Of a stretch of DNA of 64,000 bases, positions 58,768-64,000 are shown one piece after another. The notes below the pieces were generated by a model, which made no database searches, was not told where the DNA came from, and was given only the letters and a program-made list of their open reading frames with translations. The position numbers were made by a program, and so were the translations under genes. This DNA comes from a virus. Lineage: Duplodnaviria; Caudoviricetes. Positions within the stretch are counted from its first letter, which is position 1; every line of letters begins with the position of its first letter. Location: positions 32,001 through 96,000 of IMG/VR virus record IMGVR_UViG_3300037067_006336; one strand, written 5' to 3'.

Positions 58768-59559
58768 ATGAGAAACTGGATAAAGAAATTCAACTCGACG
58801 GTCAGGTTCATAGTATCGATAATAGCATCCCGTGAATTCGCCTTGATATACTGTTTGCTTGGGACGTTCACGCAGATAGCGCACACGTACTTCCTGGCAG
58901 AATCGATATCATCATTCGTCGGGTTCTTCAAGGTGTTCCAGGCTACCTTACTATCAACATTCATATCATCATCTTTATTGTACTTCGTATCGATAGCTGA
59001 TAACAACGAGACAAGGGAATCAAGGAATATCAGGATAGCAGTTAATGTTTTCATGTACATCGAGATACTTATAAATCTGTATTACTACACGAGACACTTG
59101 ATAATAGATGCTCCCGAGATGAGGGTATTTGATTTCATATTCGCTTCCGTTATATCAACGTTGATACCTGTTACCATCAAGTTGTACGCTTCTCATATAC
59201 GGGCTAAAGAATGGTTTGATGATATGATGAGGGAGGAAAATGACGCCGAGGTAAAACAAGTTGAAAACGTCACAGGTAATGATGCAACCATACTCGTGGA
59301 GCAATTAAACATGTTGCGAGAATCCCTCCTGGAAGAAGTAAGGATGGAGGTAAAAAATGAGGTTGTGAAAATGAAGTCACCTGACCCCAGCATTGAAGAT
59401 ATAAACATGAAACTAGGGGAATTCGAGAAGAACATCGATAAAACCGTATCAGATGTTTTCAAGGAGAAGGAGAAGTTGTTTCTAGGACAGTTCGAGAACA
59501 AGTTGAAACTCATGATGAACACCACACAGGGAAGGGCATTAAACGGTATGAACCAATGA
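58768..59559 (+). CDS. membrane protein (about 4 TM) with C-terminal coiled coil
   Basis: Hydrophobic N-half, charged helical C-half. Confidence 0.65.
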   Translation: MRNWIKKFNSTVRFIVSIIASREFALIYCLLGTFTQIAHTYFLAESISSFVGFFKVFQATLLSTFISSSLLYFVSIADNNETRESRNIRIAVNVFMYIEILINLYYYTRHLIIDAPEMRVFDFIFASVISTLIPVTIKLYASHIRAKEWFDDMMREENDAEVKQVENVTGNDATILVEQLNMLRESLLEEVRMEVKNEVVKMKSPDPSIEDINMKLGEFEKNIDKTVSDVFKEKEKLFLGQFENKLKLMMNTTQGRALNGMNQ

Positions 59560-59574
59560 TAATAACAATTAGTA

Positions 59575-60528
59575 ATGGAAAGTAAAAACGAAAACCAGCT
59601 TTTAATAAACCAGTATTTCCCCCGCGAGTGGGATGATTTGATACTACCGGTAAACACGTTGAAGAAACTAGAATCCGTGCGTGGAACCAGGGGTTACAGG
59701 TTATTGTTGTTCTCATCACCCGGGACGGGGAAGACAACGACATCCCGTTTACTAACCAAGGGGCATGATACCTTATACCTGTCTGGCTCAAACGATTATA
59801 ACATAACCACGCACCGGGAGAAGGTGGTGGCGTTCGCTTCCGGACACTCCGTTTCAGGGAAACAGAAGACAGTTGTGATAGATGAGGCAGAGAACATCAA
59901 GGATGCCTTGCAAGATGCCTTCAAGATAATATTCGACTCGGCTAAATCAACCAATTTCATATTCATAACCAACGAGGTAGAGAAGATAAACACGGCGTTG
60001 AAATCAAGGTTCTCAACCATAGATTACGATTTCACCGGGAGTGAACTAGAGGAACAGAAGAAAAAATACACTAATTTCTTCATAAAGGTTTGTGACGAGA
60101 ATAATATAAGGTTCGATAACAAGGGTGCCAAGCTAATTATCGAGAACCATTTCCCCGATATCCGTCACATGCTGGTAATGTTACAAGATTTCCTTGATTA
60201 CGGCTACGACGTAACCGTGGAGAACTTCAAGAAACTTAACGATAGTGGTAAACAAAATATCGAGTTGTACAACTTGGTAGAGAATTGCGTGAAGATATCA
60301 CCAAAGGAATTCTTCGAGACACTGGTAAAATTCAAGGGGAAGGAACGAGAATGTCTCATGTCTCTTGGTGAACCTTACTTCGAGTACCTTAATTCCAAGG
60401 GTATGTACGACAAGACCATTGATGCGTGTGAAATTGTTTCTAAATGCTCCTACGAGTACACGTTCACGATAAACAAGTTCGCGTCTTTTTATGCATGTTG
60501 TGTCGCGTTGTCAACATTGTTTCGTTAA
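59575..60528 (+). CDS. sliding-clamp loader AAA+ subunit (gp44/RFC-like)
   Basis: YFP..WDDLIL, SPGTGKTT, VVIDEAE, FIFITN, LKSRF, FPDIR. Confidence 0.9.
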   Translation: MESKNENQLLINQYFPREWDDLILPVNTLKKLESVRGTRGYRLLLFSSPGTGKTTTSRLLTKGHDTLYLSGSNDYNITTHREKVVAFASGHSVSGKQKTVVIDEAENIKDALQDAFKIIFDSAKSTNFIFITNEVEKINTALKSRFSTIDYDFTGSELEEQKKKYTNFFIKVCDENNIRFDNKGAKLIIENHFPDIRHMLVMLQDFLDYGYDVTVENFKKLNDSGKQNIELYNLVENCVKISPKEFFETLVKFKGKERECLMSLGEPYFEYLNSKGMYDKTIDACEIVSKCSYEYTFTINKFASFYACCVALSTLFR

Positions 60529-60539
60529 ATTGGAACGTC

Positions 60540-61097
60540 ATGATAACATTCTTCTTACCGTTGAAACCATCAAGCGTTAGACCGAAGAGGTCAGTTATCC
60601 TAACACATATAAGGTCGGTTATAGGGCGTGATTTCGACCATGTTATACACCCGGTGGATATGTTCATCGATAACGACGTACTTGGGACGGTGTCAGGGAA
60701 AGACGTGTGCATCTTCCACCCGCTGGTGGCGCATGATAACCTTGACACGATAAAATTACTCAAGAACAAGGTGGTAGTGTTGGAGAAGCCGACGATACTT
60801 GTCCAGAAAGAATCCAGGCAATTCAACCCGTTCAACGAGAACAAGGCACTTATACATGACATGATGGTATTATACATCAACCCGGGCATGTTAGATATTA
60901 CCAACGATGAATACAAGATAGTTGCTAACCGGGAGAATTTTATACTTTCAAATGATGACTTTCGTAATTACGTCGAGAGCAGGGGAGTTGTAACGGTTAA
61001 CGGGGGGATTGTTGAACCCGGCAGGATAAATGAATTTTCCCTGGCATCTGCCAGGGCTAACTTACCAAATATAATATCAGATGATAGAAGAAAATAA
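60540..61097 (+). CDS. hypothetical protein
   Basis: Likely start ATG 60540 (MITFFLP). Confidence 0.6.
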   Translation: MITFFLPLKPSSVRPKRSVILTHIRSVIGRDFDHVIHPVDMFIDNDVLGTVSGKDVCIFHPLVAHDNLDTIKLLKNKVVVLEKPTILVQKESRQFNPFNENKALIHDMMVLYINPGMLDITNDEYKIVANRENFILSNDDFRNYVESRGVVTVNGGIVEPGRINEFSLASARANLPNIISDDRRK

Positions 61098-61764
61098 TAA
61101 CTGGGAGCGTAAGATTGACATGTTCACGTGGGGTCTATCAGGTTCAGGCAAGGATACTATCTGTAACGCGTTAAAAAAACGCGGTGTCTTAACGTTGAGG
61201 ATAGCACGTACGATCAAACAGGTTATATGCGAGAAGTATGACATCACGATGGAAGAACTCGATCATTTGAAGAGGTTCAACCCTGCTTTCAGGGAATTAC
61301 ACCGTGATGTACAGGTTTACCTGGAAACGCTTGATAAGTCGGTATCAGGTGAAGATGTTGTTGCCGAGGGACCGATGAACCGGTTAAAACAGTTGGTAAA
61401 CTACACCGCTTTCGATTACGACATGTTACCAGCATCCACGCTCATGTCTTTCCCCAGGGTCATAGTTGATGTCAGGAAGATCGACGAGGTGAGGATGTTG
61501 TTGAAATCAGGTTTCCATGGCATCTTCCTTACCCGTATACCAACCGAGCACGTGATACAAGGGCACCCGACAGAGGTTTACCTTCCATTACATGAAGTCA
61601 TGATGGAGTTCGAATCCCAGTACCCTTATCAAATACACCTGATTGACAACAGAGTAACTAGTGAACCAATACCCTTCACCTGTATGCCGGAAATTACTTG
61701 CATAGATTCAAGTGCAAACAAGTTGATCAATGCAGCTTTCAATGTTATTAATAATATCAAGTAA
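61081..61764 (+). CDS. deoxynucleoside monophosphate kinase-like (gp1-type)
   Basis: GLSGSGKDT, IA..IKQ, VIVDVR..DE, HPTE. Confidence 0.75.
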   Translation: MIEENNNWERKIDMFTWGLSGSGKDTICNALKKRGVLTLRIARTIKQVICEKYDITMEELDHLKRFNPAFRELHRDVQVYLETLDKSVSGEDVVAEGPMNRLKQLVNYTAFDYDMLPASTLMSFPRVIVDVRKIDEVRMLLKSGFHGIFLTRIPTEHVIQGHPTEVYLPLHEVMMEFESQYPYQIHLIDNRVTSEPIPFTCMPEITCIDSSANKLINAAFNVINNIK

Positions 61765-61777
61765 ACATATCCAAACC

Positions 61778-62986
61778 ATGCCTAACATCCTGATAATAGA
61801 CGGTGATTTCTTCGCCAACCGGGTCATCGGTCGTCTCAATTCTAAATCAAAGGTCAACTCGCTATCTAACTCCATGGAGGTCTCCAACTTCAATGCCGAG
61901 TTGTGGAACGTGTTGATATCTGACATAGAGGCTTTCTCCCCTTACATAACTAACGTTGTTTTCGTGGCGGATAACTCCACGTGGCGTAAATCCGTTATAC
62001 CTTTCAACCCATATCACGTCAAGGAAGGTTCAAGAGTAGGATACAAGGAAACACGTGAAGACAAGAAAAATAACCTACCTTACGATTACACGACGTTCAA
62101 GAACGTGTATCATTCTTTCTTAACCGAGTTATCGAATAGTGGGATGGTTCCGGTTATAGACATCAAGGGTCTCGAGGGTGATGATAACATCATGCTGGTT
62201 GCCGACAAGATGAAAGGGAAGGGTAACTGCATCATATTCGGTTCGGATATCGACGTGTCACAAGTTGTCAAGGATAACGTGTTTTACTACCGTCACATCG
62301 TATCCAAGGATGCACCTGAAGGGGAGTTCATGGTATCCAGGAACACGTACGATATCATGTTCAACCAGGATATAAAATCACGTTTGCTAGGTGGTTCTAA
62401 CCTGTCATACATTAACTCGTTGATGTCATTCAGCTTTGATGACAAGAAACCTGTAAGGAGGGAAAAGGATACCGGCATAAGGGTAGCTGAACCATTCAAG
62501 ACAGCATTGATAAAGGTTATCACGGGTGACAAGAAAGACAATATATTCCCTCTTCTAGGATGGGATGCCAGCACGGGTACACGCAAGTTCGGTGTTACCG
62601 AGAACCATCTATCAAAGGTGTTGAAACTACACGGTCTCGAGTTAACAGAGGAAGTTTGCATATCTTTGTTGAAAGACAAGGAGATGATGGAGAACCTGCT
62701 AGTGGGTTTGAGATCGGAAACCGGTCAGGTGGATAATGTAAAGATGGATTCATTGTTCAACCATTTCAAGCACAACATGAGGATGAAGTTCTTGAATGTC
62801 TCGTTCACCCCGCAGGATATAAGGGATGAGTTCGACAAGTGCTGGGAAACAATATCCCCGGTATTACTTTACAACGAGTTGGAAACTGGAAAACTGACAT
62901 CGTTCAGGAAGAAACAAAGTGACCCTGGAAAACAGGTGATAAGCGGTAACGTTCCGGATGAATTGAAGAATTTAACAATATCATAA
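61778..62986 (+). CDS. 5'-3' exonuclease / RNase H (T4 Rnh, FEN-like)
   Basis: LIIDGD, YKETR, LEGDD, GSDID, GDKKDNI; likely start ATG 61778. Confidence 0.88.
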   Translation: MPNILIIDGDFFANRVIGRLNSKSKVNSLSNSMEVSNFNAELWNVLISDIEAFSPYITNVVFVADNSTWRKSVIPFNPYHVKEGSRVGYKETREDKKNNLPYDYTTFKNVYHSFLTELSNSGMVPVIDIKGLEGDDNIMLVADKMKGKGNCIIFGSDIDVSQVVKDNVFYYRHIVSKDAPEGEFMVSRNTYDIMFNQDIKSRLLGGSNLSYINSLMSFSFDDKKPVRREKDTGIRVAEPFKTALIKVITGDKKDNIFPLLGWDASTGTRKFGVTENHLSKVLKLHGLELTEEVCISLLKDKEMMENLLVGLRSETGQVDNVKMDSLFNHFKHNMRMKFLNVSFTPQDIRDEFDKCWETISPVLLYNELETGKLTSFRKKQSDPGKQVISGNVPDELKNLTIS

Positions 62987-62987
62987 A

Positions 62988-63473
62988 ATGGAAACAATAA
63001 AGAAAACATTAAACGAGTTACTTGTAGAAACGAAGTTCAGTATTATTGATAACTTCGATGACTTCAAACATAAGGTGTTCACACCTACCAGTACCGTGCC
63101 ATTTGTAACGGATAAATCTAGGGGATTCATCGTGTTAATGGATGAAGAAGATTTCAACAACACGTACCTACTTGACCTGTTCGTTAACTTGCCAATCGAT
63201 GATAACATCGACAAGTACGTCATCTTCAACAGGGAAACCAGGGACAAGGTTCTCCGTGACGTGTTATTGTTCGGGATGACTGACGACGATATGATCGGAG
63301 AATTGGGTGATAAGTTCCGACTTAGGCCGTGCGTGTTGTTGCATGCCCCAGGGAGTGATGATGTAGACATACTGGCAGAACCAATGATGTCAACCATAGA
63401 CAGGGATATGGTAAGGTTGTCTCTTGGAAAGTTGTTACCGGTGAAATATGATTCCAATGATAACTGCAACTGA
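62988..63473 (+). CDS. hypothetical protein
   Basis: 161-aa ORF. Confidence 0.6.
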   Translation: METIKKTLNELLVETKFSIIDNFDDFKHKVFTPTSTVPFVTDKSRGFIVLMDEEDFNNTYLLDLFVNLPIDDNIDKYVIFNRETRDKVLRDVLLFGMTDDDMIGELGDKFRLRPCVLLHAPGSDDVDILAEPMMSTIDRDMVRLSLGKLLPVKYDSNDNCN

Positions 63474-63966
63474 CAAGTACGGTGATAACCCGCACGAGGA
63501 ATTCAACAAGTTCCAGGATGATTTCTTCAGGTCGTTCGACCGTTTCAGTTCTTACACTCGTTTCGAGATCAAGAGGAACGGGTACAAGTTATTCAACAAC
63601 ATAGCGAAGGGTTACCCGGCCCTAGTATCAAAGGTAGGGTCAACGGGGGGGTTCGGTTGGAAAGCAGTAGAATCACCACAAGTACTGCAAGCCTTGCAAA
63701 GGTTATTACACGACAGGGGCAGGTTACCTGGTTACATCTTCTTCAAGGGTAACAAGGAAGCCGAGGAGAAAGTAAAGGTCAAGAAAACGTCTGATGGTTT
63801 AATATTCGACACGGAGACTAAAATGCAGGTGATGAACAAGCTAATGATCGATGACAAGACATACGAGTACATCAGGTTCACACCGGTAGTACAGGATCTC
63901 GGTAAGATGTTCGCCGGGGATTGGATCAACAACGAGAACATGAAGAAAACGCGAAAGAAACAATGA
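63448..63966 (+). CDS. hypothetical protein, possibly clamp-loader small subunit (gp62-like)
   Basis: Size, replication context, and a RLPGYIFFK.. basic patch followed by a helical C-terminus; weak. Confidence 0.4.
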   Translation: MIPMITATDKYGDNPHEEFNKFQDDFFRSFDRFSSYTRFEIKRNGYKLFNNIAKGYPALVSKVGSTGGFGWKAVESPQVLQALQRLLHDRGRLPGYIFFKGNKEAEEKVKVKKTSDGLIFDTETKMQVMNKLMIDDKTYEYIRFTPVVQDLGKMFAGDWINNENMKKTRKKQ

Positions 63967-64000
63967 TAACGATACACTGGGATTTCACCGATGGTACTGA
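63963..64000 (+). CDS. partial ORF running off the window (MITIHWDFTDGT...)
   Basis: ATGA overlap with the previous stop. Confidence 0.45.
   Translation, partial: MITIHWDFTDGT

Noticed and set aside
1-64000. Stop-codon reassignment (as in some Bacteroidota phages)
   Set aside because: Long genes are intact under code 11 with high coding density. TAG and TGA end genes cleanly next to the following starts (e.g. 38467, 43077, 41798).

Overview
This window is a 64-kb segment of a large, distantly T4-like lytic myophage (jumbo-type). The host is probably Bacteroidota, judged from the lack of Shine-Dalgarno sequences, A-rich leaders, a Bacteroidota-type amidase and adhesin-like fibre domains. The standard genetic code fits. 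The left arm (mostly - strand, 1-37.5 kb) carries a partial dUTPase, the N-terminal half of a split family-B DNA polymerase, tape measure, gp26/gp51-like, tail tube, tail sheath, neck proteins, large virion proteins, a lysis cassette, a Dps/ferritin-like protein, a ~1-kb non-coding TCATGATGTA repeat array, a RuvC-like nuclease, a degenerate DHFR and baseplate genes. The right arm (+ strand) carries gp25/gp6-like baseplate genes, eight modular fibre/appendage genes, and then SSB, a UvsW-like helicase, a gp15-like protein, clamp loader, dNMP kinase and a 5'-3' exonuclease. A TAAATA late-promoter-like box recurs upstream of many genes. The least explained signals are: (1) a GC-rich, switch-like structured RNA leader on an unknown 506-aa gene; (2) a peptide motif GKxVIxxNVPDELK shared by SSB and the 5'-3' exonuclease; (3) the repeat array abutting the RuvC gene, whose word bias spreads into flanking genes; (4) the split PolB; (5) shared N- and C-terminal modules across the fibre proteins. 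All functional calls come from motif recognition by eye; no database searches were run.
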